In this document: positions 9,224-18,797 of the stretch, one piece after another | Layout of the letters: each line of letters opens with the position of its first letter | Position numbering within the stretch: position 1 is the first letter of the stretch | DNA from: a virus | Virus record (IMG/VR): IMGVR_UViG_3300021138_001972 | Coordinates: 23,335-87,334 of that record | DNA length: 64,000 bases | Direction: 5' to 3' (one strand) | Translations under genes and position numbers: made by a program | The notes under the pieces: model-generated | Told to the model about the DNA's origin: nothing | The model's input: the letters and a program-made list of their open reading frames with translations, nothing else | Databases searched by the model: none

Positions 9224-11140
9224 TTAATCAACCACATGTGTAATCTTCCTCTTGTGTAATACCTGTTTCCTACCATACCAAACTATCTGCCGCGCCCAGG
9301 TTTCAGCGCTGCCGGGATACTCTGCCGCTGTAAATGCCACGGTTACCGGCCTGTGGATCACTGGACCTGATCTGCACTGCAGCGCAGCAGCTATCATGCT
9401 GGGTATGTCGTGGCTGTAGCTGCTGCTATCATCTGCAGCATGCGCGGGCCCTAGTATCCACTGCTGTTGGAAATCAATGGCATCTGCGATGTGAGCATCT
9501 GTCATCCAATCTCGCAGGAACGGGACCAGCTCAGCGTAGAACTGCTCTGCCTGGGCTCTGAGTTGCAGGAACGTGAGCTCTTCCACTGGCCAATTGATGT
9601 CGCCAAACTGTGGATCGCTCTGCCCCAGATCCTCAGCGCCAGTCAGCATGAGATCCAGCGTTTGATCAATCCTTGCGATCTGTGCGCCCAGCAGCGTAGG
9701 CTGTCCCTGATGAGCTCGCAGCAAGCGCAGATAGAATTCCACGTAGCTGTGATTAACCCGCCAGTAGTCCATGGCCAGATACTGGGTGAGGCCCAGGCAG
9801 TGCAGGCTCTGCACAATCCAGCTGATCATGTAGGCCTGTCGCCAATCTGCATGAGGCATGGACTCAGTGGCTATGACTATGTCGTTGTACTCGGCAATCT
9901 CATCAGGACGTGTGCTGCTGTGATTGTCCATCAGAGGCACGCGCTGCTTGACGATGCCCTGCGCGGCCATGTGAGCAGCGTCAGCCATTTCTGAGTTGCG
10001 CAGTACCATGCAGGTGTAGATCACTAGATTGTCATGCTGCCCCCCCTGCAGCAGAGTCTCTATGCCTGCTGTGTAGCTGGCCAGTGTCTCGCCAGGCAGG
10101 CCTATGATCAGCTCTGTGTAGGTAGGTATACCCTGCTCGCGATAGCGTTCAACCAAGGGACGGAAGTCGTCGATGGCTATGTTCTTGCGCTTGATGGTTT
10201 CCAGCGTGTGCGGATCCATGCTCTGCATGCTCAGCGTCACACCCTTGCTCATGCCAGCGTCATTCAGCATGCGGCTGATCTCAAACACCTTGTGATCGCT
10301 CTTCTTGGCATAGCTCGCTCTAAACTTCTGAGGATAGCCCAGGCGCTGCTTGGTATCAACCATGGCTGTGGTGAGCTCTATGTCGCGAGCATAGATGCCA
10401 TAGTTGGCGTCGCAGTTGTAGAGCAGATCTATGTGATTGTGGCCAAACCAATCCAGCTCTTCTATCAATCGCGGCTGATCAAACTGCCGTATCTTGGTAT
10501 ACACAGCCGATCCCCAATCACAGAAGGTACAGCTGTAGGGACATCCTCTGTGGGTCTCCTGGCTGGCGTGCCAACTGATGCTGGGATTTGCTGCGATCAG
10601 CTGGTCAAACACCCCAGTCATGTAAGGGCTGGGTATCACTGATAGATCTGTTAGACGTGGCCGCGATTCTGTCTTGATGGTGCGGCCTTTGCGCCTATAG
10701 CTTATGCCTTGAACCTTGGCAGGGTCTGAGCGATCTCGGATGCAGCGCAGCAGTTCCGCGAAAGTGACTTCACCCTCGTCGTGTACCAAGAAATCTATGT
10801 CTGGGTTGTCTTCGAAAAACCCTGTGCTGTCACTGGGCACCTCGGGACCTCCACATATCACGCGGCAACCAGGATAGCGCATCTTGATCAGTGCTATGAG
10901 ATCCATGTTGTAGTTCCAGTTCCACAGATAGCAGCTGACTGCCAGCACGTCTGGATCTTGTATCCTGTTGAATGCCGTGCTCAGAGACTCTCGTAGAAAC
11001 AGTAGATCACACAGCTCGTAGGACTCTGCGATGTCGGCCTGGCTGTGGGCATAGCTCCACAGCATGCCTGCACTGTAAGGCAAGAACGCCTGACCACCGA
11101 AGCTGTTGTTGATCTGCGCTAGGTAAACACGTTTTATCAA
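9224..11140 (-). CDS. cobalamin-dependent radical SAM enzyme (paralog of 4782-6725)
   Basis: LPYSAG, CGGPEV, ETHRGCPYSCTFCDWG, ELIIGLPGET; start placed at TTG 11140, overlapping the upstream TGA. Confidence 0.9.
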   Translation of the reverse strand: MIKRVYLAQINNSFGGQAFLPYSAGMLWSYAHSQADIAESYELCDLLFLRESLSTAFNRIQDPDVLAVSCYLWNWNYNMDLIALIKMRYPGCRVICGGPEVPSDSTGFFEDNPDIDFLVHDEGEVTFAELLRCIRDRSDPAKVQGISYRRKGRTIKTESRPRLTDLSVIPSPYMTGVFDQLIAANPSISWHASQETHRGCPYSCTFCDWGSAVYTKIRQFDQPRLIEELDWFGHNHIDLLYNCDANYGIYARDIELTTAMVDTKQRLGYPQKFRASYAKKSDHKVFEISRMLNDAGMSKGVTLSMQSMDPHTLETIKRKNIAIDDFRPLVERYREQGIPTYTELIIGLPGETLASYTAGIETLLQGGQHDNLVIYTCMVLRNSEMADAAHMAAQGIVKQRVPLMDNHSSTRPDEIAEYNDIVIATESMPHADWRQAYMISWIVQSLHCLGLTQYLAMDYWRVNHSYVEFYLRLLRAHQGQPTLLGAQIARIDQTLDLMLTGAEDLGQSDPQFGDINWPVEELTFLQLRAQAEQFYAELVPFLRDWMTDAHIADAIDFQQQWILGPAHAADDSSSYSHDIPSMIAAALQCRSGPVIHRPVTVAFTAAEYPGSAETWARQIVWYGRKQVLHKRKITHVVD

Positions 11141-12396
11141 CTGTTTAGTCCATTGTACGCAGTCATGAACTGCTGATAGTAGTTGCTGTTGAACCAATCT
11201 CTGCTCATGAAATGCCGTTGGTTGTGTTCACAGATCTCACGTGCCTGCGCCAGCCATCCTGATTTGTCTTTGATCACTGACAGTCCCTGCAGGTTATCCA
11301 ACACTGAGTGCATGCGCTGGAGGTCAGGTAGGATATCATAGCTCTCGTCCCAGAGGCAATCAAAAGTCTGGTAGCCCCAGCTGCGCAGCTGTGCCATGGT
11401 TCCATGTTGTCCCCAGACTATGAATGGTTGCAGCGCAAACATGGGTTTCCACAGCTTTTCTGATATGAACAGATTGTGTGCTTCGTCAAATGCATGAGTC
11501 TCGGTGATCACGCTGCACCAGCTGTTGAGATATATCTCTGTGTTGATATGCATGGCCTTGTTGTTGCCAAAGTCACTGTCATCTACCACCAATGGCAGCA
11601 CAGTGCGGGCACGATCTATCACAGCCTGTGGTACACCGTGTTCTGTCCACGCATGATAGGCCAACTCATTGTGGCTGACCATGCCCTGTGTGTGTAGATC
11701 TCGGTCTATGAGATGCATCACCAAAAGTTCGCGATGGTTCCTGCTGATGCGATTGAGGCAGTTATAGTTAGCGATGCCGCGCGAGCGTGCCTTGGCTCGT
11801 TCGTGATCAGTCCAGGTCAGCAGCGGGCTGTTGCGCAGGTTCAGCTGCTGCATGTACATGAGATGTGGCATGCCTATCACCGTGATGCGATCCAGCACAC
11901 CATTGGTTGTGCACCACTCAGCATAGCCTCGGGGATCCAGCTCGTTGTTGGTCATGAAGCAGATGGCACGAGGCGGCAGATTAAACCGTGCGCAGCAGTG
12001 GTGCAGGAACTCATAGAGGCGGGAATCGTAGAAACCTTCGTTGAGATTGTCAATAACCAGCAGCACGCGACCATCTCTGGCATCAGCCATGACCTCAGTA
12101 GGCACGTAACTGAGAAAGTTTTCAAAACCATGGGCATTGCCCGGCCAGCCAGTCCAATAACCAGAATTGTTCCATGTGCCTATGTTGTAGGCATATCGCT
12201 GCGGCCTATCATGCAGTCCGCTGTGTTGCCAGCTGTGACCCGCACGGTTCCACCAATTGTTCTTGAAATAGTGAAACAGGTTGGCCATGGGAAAGCGGCC
12301 AGCAATCAGCTGAGTCTTGTCACCATATATGGTGTGTGGACAGGCTGTCATTGTCAGCAGCCGTTCAGCATCATCAAACACCCAGTGCACAGTCAT
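11137..12396 (-). CDS. uncharacterised GT-like phage protein (paralog 3)
   Basis: NCLNR..HR, SVITET, SEKLWKP..QPFI, GYQTF..WDESYD. Confidence 0.7.
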   Translation of the reverse strand: MTVHWVFDDAERLLTMTACPHTIYGDKTQLIAGRFPMANLFHYFKNNWWNRAGHSWQHSGLHDRPQRYAYNIGTWNNSGYWTGWPGNAHGFENFLSYVPTEVMADARDGRVLLVIDNLNEGFYDSRLYEFLHHCCARFNLPPRAICFMTNNELDPRGYAEWCTTNGVLDRITVIGMPHLMYMQQLNLRNSPLLTWTDHERAKARSRGIANYNCLNRISRNHRELLVMHLIDRDLHTQGMVSHNELAYHAWTEHGVPQAVIDRARTVLPLVVDDSDFGNNKAMHINTEIYLNSWCSVITETHAFDEAHNLFISEKLWKPMFALQPFIVWGQHGTMAQLRSWGYQTFDCLWDESYDILPDLQRMHSVLDNLQGLSVIKDKSGWLAQAREICEHNQRHFMSRDWFNSNYYQQFMTAYNGLNS

Positions 12397-13556
12397 GGTC
12401 GATAGCTCGCGAGTTCTGGTAGGCTTTGTGCGATGCTAGTTTGCTTGTAAGCATCCAATTGATCAACCTCTGTCCAAAAATTAGTCCACTGATCTGGATC
12501 ACCCTGTTCATCTAGATGAGCACGCGCTGATATCCAACTGCTGTAATTGCTGTCTTGCTCTCTGTTGAGCATGACAGAGTCCATGTTATATTTTACAGCA
12601 GATTTGACATCATCTGGTAGATGTTTGACATCTTGATTGGCAGGATAGGTTATCACGTTTAACCACGGCAGCCGGTCTCCAAACACTGCCGACGATGCCA
12701 GTGTGCTTGCCATGCTGCTCACCGTGAGGCAATTCAGTATTCCAAACGTAGCATGCACAGACATGCGCACGTTATCGCACCCTGCATGTATGAGATCAAT
12801 GTTGCGCATGATCACATCCCAGCTGCTGTTTTGCCGTATGTAATCATTGACAATGCCTGTGCCTTCCAAGCTAACACTGAGATCAACTTGCTTGAATTCT
12901 CGCCACAGGTCCAGCTGACCTGGCAGCAGTGTGGTCATGTTGGTATTATAACTGAGATTGATGCTGTCTGCCGTGCCTAGATCTATGCAGCGTTGCAATA
13001 TATCCAGTTGTTCTCTGACTATCAGTGGCTCTCCGCCTAGGAAATTAATGTGGGTGACCGTGTGCAGGCTCTGGTTTATCAGCTCTCTGGCAGCAGGTGC
13101 AGTGAACCAATCAGTGTTGCTGAGGTCAGCGTCGCTGGTACGTCCTAATCTGACATTGTCTATCTGCCACAGATGGCTGTTCCATTCATTGCACATCCTG
13201 CAGGTGAGATTGCACTTGTTGCCAAGAGTGATGTCCAGATAGCGCACTTCTGTGTGCAGAGGTTGTGCATCATGTTGCAGTATATCATTCCATATCTGCC
13301 TGAAGCTACGCCCACCAGAATCCTCTATGTCCCAGCATTTCTTGCAGCTGGGATGGCGTTGTTCTCGCATTTGTGCTTGCCGCACTTCGTTGTGATATGG
13401 GGTTCCCATGGCCTCTGACAGGCTGCTCATGTCATTGATCTGCTCGCGATAAGGTCCTCGGTAATGTGCATCATTGTTGCAGCAGATCCTCGATCGTCCT
13501 TGATTATCGACGCTGAGGCTTGACCATGGTAAAACACAAAAGCTATCTTTATGCAC
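12393..13556 (-). CDS. radical SAM protein with N-terminal twitch/SPASM-like domain
   Basis: FCVLPW..CC..CKKC, then NKCNLTCRMC and GGEPL; probable GTG start at 13556. Confidence 0.85.
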   Translation of the reverse strand: MHKDSFCVLPWSSLSVDNQGRSRICCNNDAHYRGPYREQINDMSSLSEAMGTPYHNEVRQAQMREQRHPSCKKCWDIEDSGGRSFRQIWNDILQHDAQPLHTEVRYLDITLGNKCNLTCRMCNEWNSHLWQIDNVRLGRTSDADLSNTDWFTAPAARELINQSLHTVTHINFLGGEPLIVREQLDILQRCIDLGTADSINLSYNTNMTTLLPGQLDLWREFKQVDLSVSLEGTGIVNDYIRQNSSWDVIMRNIDLIHAGCDNVRMSVHATFGILNCLTVSSMASTLASSAVFGDRLPWLNVITYPANQDVKHLPDDVKSAVKYNMDSVMLNREQDSNYSSWISARAHLDEQGDPDQWTNFWTEVDQLDAYKQTSIAQSLPELASYRP

Positions 13557-14523
13557 TGATCGTTCTCTTGGGTATGCAGATGTCTGTGCCACAATGGCAG
13601 TGATGCTTGTTGCATGTGATGGATAATGGTAGATCGTCAAGCACCAGTTGGTCATTGATGTTGCCTATCACGCCGCTTACGCCACAGCTGGCCAGCGTTA
13701 TACTGCCATCTATGCCTATGTTGATGCTGCTGCCAATGTCACACTGCCAACCCTCAAAGAAGTTGCGATGCTCTGCTGCCAGTCTATTGCTGTTCACAGG
13801 TTGTACCATGCCGTCGCTGTAGCGTTCCATAGTATGTGTACCGCCAACCCTGTTGTGTGGTTTGTCTGCAGTCTGCTTGATCTTTAGATTGTTGCGTTCT
13901 AACCAAGCCACCTTGCGCGGATCACTGTAGCTGTAGGGTTCAGCAGCCCTGCTCATCTCAGTCAGTATGGGCACATATTCCAGATGCACATTGGGCAGAG
14001 CTGCATATATCTGATCTGCTGCGGCCAGCTGACTGTCCCAGTGCTGCTCTGTCATCATCATGCGCACTGCCAAGTAGTTCACGTTGGTGCTGAGCAGCTG
14101 TGCATTAGCCATGAACAGATCGTGCTTGACCCACTCAGGATGATAGCTGGCTACCACGTCGTCAAAGTGATGACAGAAGCGTTCCCACCATACGGTAGGC
14201 TTGCTGAGATTGGTATTGACTGCTGTAGTAACCTTCCAGCCTGGCCTACCAGTGAACCATCGCAGCATGGGTATCAAACCCTGCCAGTGCGTGGGTTCAC
14301 CGCCGCTGAGAAACAGCTTGATCTTGCGATAGCCCTGCTGCCACATCTTATCCAGCGTCAATCCCAGATTGCGCTGATAGGTTTCCACGTCCTCGTTGGG
14401 TTGATCGCCGCCCCAGTTGCCTTCGTTGCAATAACTGCAACGGAAATTGCAGACGTCACTGGTCTGCCAGGTTATAAACAACACTGGATCTTCGCTCCAT
14501 GCGATTTCCACTAGATCATCCAT
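13549..14523 (-). CDS. radical SAM protein with C-terminal Cys-rich auxiliary domain
   Basis: CNFRCSYC, SGGEPT, C-terminal GWQC..ASC..C..CHCGTD. Confidence 0.85.
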   Translation of the reverse strand: MDDLVEIAWSEDPVLFITWQTSDVCNFRCSYCNEGNWGGDQPNEDVETYQRNLGLTLDKMWQQGYRKIKLFLSGGEPTHWQGLIPMLRWFTGRPGWKVTTAVNTNLSKPTVWWERFCHHFDDVVASYHPEWVKHDLFMANAQLLSTNVNYLAVRMMMTEQHWDSQLAAADQIYAALPNVHLEYVPILTEMSRAAEPYSYSDPRKVAWLERNNLKIKQTADKPHNRVGGTHTMERYSDGMVQPVNSNRLAAEHRNFFEGWQCDIGSSINIGIDGSITLASCGVSGVIGNINDQLVLDDLPLSITCNKHHCHCGTDICIPKRTISA

Positions 14524-17047
14524 GGTTTTTCCAATCTTCTTCGGTCCATTCGAGTACGTTTGCTAGTGTAGGCAACACGCTGTTCCAATATTGGCTTGGT
14601 TTAACATGATCACGCTGCCGCCGCAGATGCCAATCGTAAAACAGCCATTCGCGAAGCTTGTAGATGCCTTCTTCTTTGGGCAACACATCACTATCGCGCA
14701 ATGCACGCAAGCAATGGGCTAAACCATCTCGATAGTCGCAGGTGTGCTGCGGCCAATCATGCTCGTTGAAACGCTGGTCTAAGACATCAGCTGCTGCTAA
14801 TCTCGCTGCTAGTGGCAATGTAGTGAGCCTCTGATAGCTAGGACTCTCTAATATGATTGGAAACCATATGACTTTACGACCATGCAGATTGACCGTATTG
14901 ATCACCCATTCGATGAATGGTTCTAACTCCAAGCAATTAAAGGCGCTGATCACGGTATATATTTTGATGTTGCTTGCAGCTGACATAGTAAGATATCTCT
15001 GCACATTAGCAGTGATCTCATGCCAGTGGCTGCCTTGCCGTATGAAATCATTGGCAGCACCATGTGCATCTATGCTTAGCTGTATCTCTGTGTTAGAGAA
15101 TTGGCCTAGCTTATCTATCAGCTTTTGATTCCATAGCGTGCAGTTAGTAGTGAAGCTCACATGGCAATCATGGTTACCTGCTGTTAGCAGAGCATCCAGA
15201 TATCGCGGTATGTTGGCATCCATGGTAGGTTCGCCGCCTGTGATGTACAAGCGTTTCAATCCAGCAGCAAGCTTTCCAAAGCTTTCAAAGCTATGTTGTT
15301 CTTGAGCATATCCGTTCGATTCCGTGCCAACATGATCTAGCTCCTCATTCCAACTTTCTGCTAACCAACCAGGTAGTGCCAGGTGCTGTGGATCATTCTC
15401 AGGCAGATTGGCCCATCCAAGGCTCAGCTTTCGCTGTTCTGCAATGAGATTGCTGCTGCCACTCCAGCAGGTCTTGCACTGCAGATTGCACCTAGTGCTG
15501 GTACGCAGTTCGAAGCTAACGGGCAAGCTGGCTACAGTATCTAACCTGCTGCTGTCCTGTGCGAATGCAACATTAGCAGTCAATCTGGGACTGCTGTTGT
15601 TGAGCTGTTCTTGCCTGTAGCATACCTGGCAATCTCGCACTGGTTTGCCCTGCAACATCTGCGATCTGACCTGCTGCAGGTATTCGCCGTTCCATATCTG
15701 TTCTAGATCGTCTCGCGACCAGTCGGCAGGCCTTTCTCCGATGGTCACATGTTGATTATCAGAGATATTGCAGCAAAGCTTGACGCGACCCTGAGGTGTG
15801 GTGTTGATGTTTACCCAGGGCAATCGGCACATTGTAGCTGTGTCATTTGCAGTATTCATCAGGGTTAGTTCAGGGAATGTGTCCCAGAAGGATTCTTTCC
15901 TCAGCTGATCAAGTTTGGAGGTATCATTGTAGAAATCCTTGAGATGATGGCTGTCGTCACTGCTGTCCATGACGTTCACTATGCTCTGCCAGGCCGCCAA
16001 GCTGTCCTGCTTGGCCTGTAGCGATCGCAGCCAGTCCGTGTGCTGATGCAACCGCGATCTCGCTGCGTCCTTGAGCACTGCAGGCAGTGCCTTGACGCTG
16101 CTGTGTTCTGGATGATCGAGGATGTTTATGCGCACGTTGTCTGGTTCCAGCAGCCCTAGCTCTACCCATTCGCGGTGGAAGTCTGGCAGATGCAGCACGT
16201 TCATCAGGCTCACTGTTGGCGTGATATGGAACTGTACCTGCGGGATCTCCCTGATCATGCGCTCTCGATTGGCTACCACGTCTGCCCACACCATGTTCTT
16301 GCGCAGATACTCGCCGCGAGCATGGCTAGCATCCAAGCTGGCAGCAACGTGTATGTTGGGAAAATGCCGCCACAGCTCAAAGAGGTCTCGCTGCTTGTAG
16401 TCTAACACTGTGAAGTTAGTGGTATAGCGTATCCTCACCTGGGTATGGCCTGTGGCTATCCAGTGATCCAATATGTGATAGTGTTCTTCAGTGAGCAGGC
16501 TCTCGCCACCCGCGAAGTAGACTTCTTCGGTCTGGTCTAGATAGGGTAACAGCTGCGCCCAAAACTCTCCGCTGCGGTTGATGTTTATGATGCGCGGCTG
16601 ATCGTATGTGGGTTGCTGCGCCACAGCATCATCATACCATCCGCTGCTCAGCTCAGGGCCACAGGTCCTGCAGCGCAGGTTGCAGATGTTGCTGAACCGC
16701 ACGTCAAGGTATGCCATGTTTACCTCAGGCACCGTACCATCTGCCAGCGTGGATGACACGCTGCGGTGATGATGCGAATAGTCAGCTAAGCTCTGCTGTC
16801 TCAGAGTTTGGACACCTGCTGTTTCCAGCTCATAGCAGCGAGCACAGGCAGTGCTGGGTTGATCTGCAAGCATGTTGCGCCTTAGCTCTCGCATGGGCGC
16901 AGCGTTCCAGATCTCTGAGATGCTGGTTTGATTGGTGTTACCCAGTGCGTATCTGCTGTCGCTGACACAGCAGGGATAGGCGTTGCCGTTTGGCCAGAAA
17001 TGCATGTGTACCCAGGGCAACATGCAGAACACGCCATTGTTGCTCAT
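14516..17047 (-). CDS. tandem fusion of two twitch-radical SAM units
   Basis: two repeats of C.LPW..CC..C..C followed by CNLRCRTC/CNLQCKTC and GGE motifs. Confidence 0.85.
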   Translation of the reverse strand: MSNNGVFCMLPWVHMHFWPNGNAYPCCVSDSRYALGNTNQTSISEIWNAAPMRELRRNMLADQPSTACARCYELETAGVQTLRQQSLADYSHHHRSVSSTLADGTVPEVNMAYLDVRFSNICNLRCRTCGPELSSGWYDDAVAQQPTYDQPRIININRSGEFWAQLLPYLDQTEEVYFAGGESLLTEEHYHILDHWIATGHTQVRIRYTTNFTVLDYKQRDLFELWRHFPNIHVAASLDASHARGEYLRKNMVWADVVANRERMIREIPQVQFHITPTVSLMNVLHLPDFHREWVELGLLEPDNVRINILDHPEHSSVKALPAVLKDAARSRLHQHTDWLRSLQAKQDSLAAWQSIVNVMDSSDDSHHLKDFYNDTSKLDQLRKESFWDTFPELTLMNTANDTATMCRLPWVNINTTPQGRVKLCCNISDNQHVTIGERPADWSRDDLEQIWNGEYLQQVRSQMLQGKPVRDCQVCYRQEQLNNSSPRLTANVAFAQDSSRLDTVASLPVSFELRTSTRCNLQCKTCWSGSSNLIAEQRKLSLGWANLPENDPQHLALPGWLAESWNEELDHVGTESNGYAQEQHSFESFGKLAAGLKRLYITGGEPTMDANIPRYLDALLTAGNHDCHVSFTTNCTLWNQKLIDKLGQFSNTEIQLSIDAHGAANDFIRQGSHWHEITANVQRYLTMSAASNIKIYTVISAFNCLELEPFIEWVINTVNLHGRKVIWFPIILESPSYQRLTTLPLAARLAAADVLDQRFNEHDWPQHTCDYRDGLAHCLRALRDSDVLPKEEGIYKLREWLFYDWHLRRQRDHVKPSQYWNSVLPTLANVLEWTEEDWKNHG

Positions 17048-18417
17048 AACAGCGCACAGGCCTCATAGAACGCAACTAATTCTGGGAAGGTTGCACGGAA
17101 ATCAGTGCTGCGCCTGCGATCATACTCGGTGAACCAAGCGTGGAAATCCCGCCGTCCTTCCAGCAGCTTTTCAGCACTGTATTCAGTGGTTTCCATGTAC
17201 TTGACCACTCGCCGGAACTTGTCCACTTCCAAGCTGCCAAATGCCTGCTTGTCCTCGTCTGCTTCGTGTGCTTCCATGAATGACAGCGCTACTCGCATTG
17301 CGGGCATGAATTCTGCCTTGGGCAATATGTTGATGTCATACTGCAGAGGTTCTCTGAGATAGGGCGTGTCAAACCTGACATTGCGTATCTTGGGCCGGGG
17401 ATCATCTGTGGGAGCATAACGCGCACGCCATTCCAGCAGCTTGGCCAACAGTGACTGGAAGCGGGGCACGCTCAGCGCATTGAAGGTTATCATGAAGCTG
17501 ACGATCTGCCCGCTTAATCTCATGTAGGTGTCTAGGTTCTGCTCCCAGATCGTGAGATCTAATCCAGTACGTATGTATTCTGCCTGTGGGCCCCAGGTGT
17601 CTAAACTGGTAAACAAGCTGAAACTCTTGATACACTTGCGATCAATCAGCTCGCGCACCTTGCGGCTCATGCGCTCCACTAGTATGGGTTTTACACCAAG
17701 GTTGCTGTTGATGTTGAGCTCCAAGTTGGGCATGGGATTCTCTAATAGATCGTCTAGCAGTTTCCATGTGCTCTTGTGCAGCAGAGGTTCGCCGCCTGTG
17801 ACACGCATGATGTTAACTGTGTCGCGGATCTGCGGCCACCACTGCCACCAGGCATCCACGAACGGATTGGCATCTTCCTCGTAGATGGTCATCCAATCTA
17901 TGTCGCAGCGATGGTTCTTGACTTTTAGATAAGGACCATGATCTCTGATCTCGTTGTAGAACTTGCTGCTGCTCTTGGGATGGCAATAACCACATTTGAA
18001 GTTGCACTCATTGCCAAAGCTGATCTCGATGTATTCTGGCTTGACGTCAAAGCTAGCACCGCGCTGCTTGATCTCTTCCAAGCGTTCTGGACGATAGATG
18101 GTGCTGTTGCGTATGTGCCTATCGCTGACATAATCCTTGCCCATGTCCTCGATCTTCCAGCAGTAGTTGCAACCGTCTGGCTTACCACCTGCCATCATCT
18201 GCCTGCGCTCGCTCTTCTTCTGCGCAGTGTTGTGCAGTGCAGATGGGTTCATGCCTATACGCTTGATATCTATAGCATGCGGCGCCGGATGATAACAGCT
18301 GTGTGTCTCACCAGTATGTAGATATATTGTGGTATGATGCCACTTGGCCATGCAGAAAGTTGGACTGATTGCGTCCATTAATGGTGCTAGCTCATCTATG
18401 CGCTGTCTGTCTGCCAT
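17044..18417 (-). CDS. radical SAM protein with N-terminal twitch-like domain
   Basis: FCMAKW..HSCYH..CNYC, CNFKCGYC, TGGEPL. Confidence 0.85.
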   Translation of the reverse strand: MADRQRIDELAPLMDAISPTFCMAKWHHTTIYLHTGETHSCYHPAPHAIDIKRIGMNPSALHNTAQKKSERRQMMAGGKPDGCNYCWKIEDMGKDYVSDRHIRNSTIYRPERLEEIKQRGASFDVKPEYIEISFGNECNFKCGYCHPKSSSKFYNEIRDHGPYLKVKNHRCDIDWMTIYEEDANPFVDAWWQWWPQIRDTVNIMRVTGGEPLLHKSTWKLLDDLLENPMPNLELNINSNLGVKPILVERMSRKVRELIDRKCIKSFSLFTSLDTWGPQAEYIRTGLDLTIWEQNLDTYMRLSGQIVSFMITFNALSVPRFQSLLAKLLEWRARYAPTDDPRPKIRNVRFDTPYLREPLQYDINILPKAEFMPAMRVALSFMEAHEADEDKQAFGSLEVDKFRRVVKYMETTEYSAEKLLEGRRDFHAWFTEYDRRRSTDFRATFPELVAFYEACALL

Positions 18418-18535
18418 GCTATATTATATAACGTCGATCACAGATATCGCTACCTAAGATTATTTCTCGGATACACTTGAAAGTCGCGACCTGCGCACAC
18501 ATATATATTAATGAAAACCAGCGTGGGAGCATTCA

Positions 18536-18694
18536 ATGACGGACGGTGTAAAACCCAAGACCACCATCATATTACCCAAGATAACCAAGCCAGATCCCAA
18601 GAATTTACGTAACGATTTCAAAAACTCGCCCAAGCAAAATCGCTATAAAGCACCCAAGAACACCATCCGCAAAGCAGGACCCAGAGGGGGCTGA
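18536..18694 (+). CDS. small basic protein (52 aa)
   Basis: MTDGVKPK...RKAGPRGG with GGGAG RBS; not in the ORF track. Confidence 0.5.
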   Translation: MTDGVKPKTTIILPKITKPDPKNLRNDFKNSPKQNRYKAPKNTIRKAGPRGG

Positions 18695-18707
18695 ACCAAA
18701 ATTCCAC

Positions 18708-18736
18708 TTGACAGCACTAGATCCACGTGCTAGTTT
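18708..18736 (+). promoter_or_regulatory. sigma70-type promoter of the sigma gene
   Basis: TTGACA-17 bp-TAGTTT. Confidence 0.6.
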
Positions 18737-18797
18737 ACCGCTAGCTGAGGTATATCACATCAGGTTTGGTATGAGTATGACAAGGGACAACACACAT

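Noticed and set aside
12393-18417. Radical SAM genes as PqqE partners of pqqA
   Set aside because: Their domain order and motifs do not resemble PqqE, and no PqqB, C or D is visible in the window.
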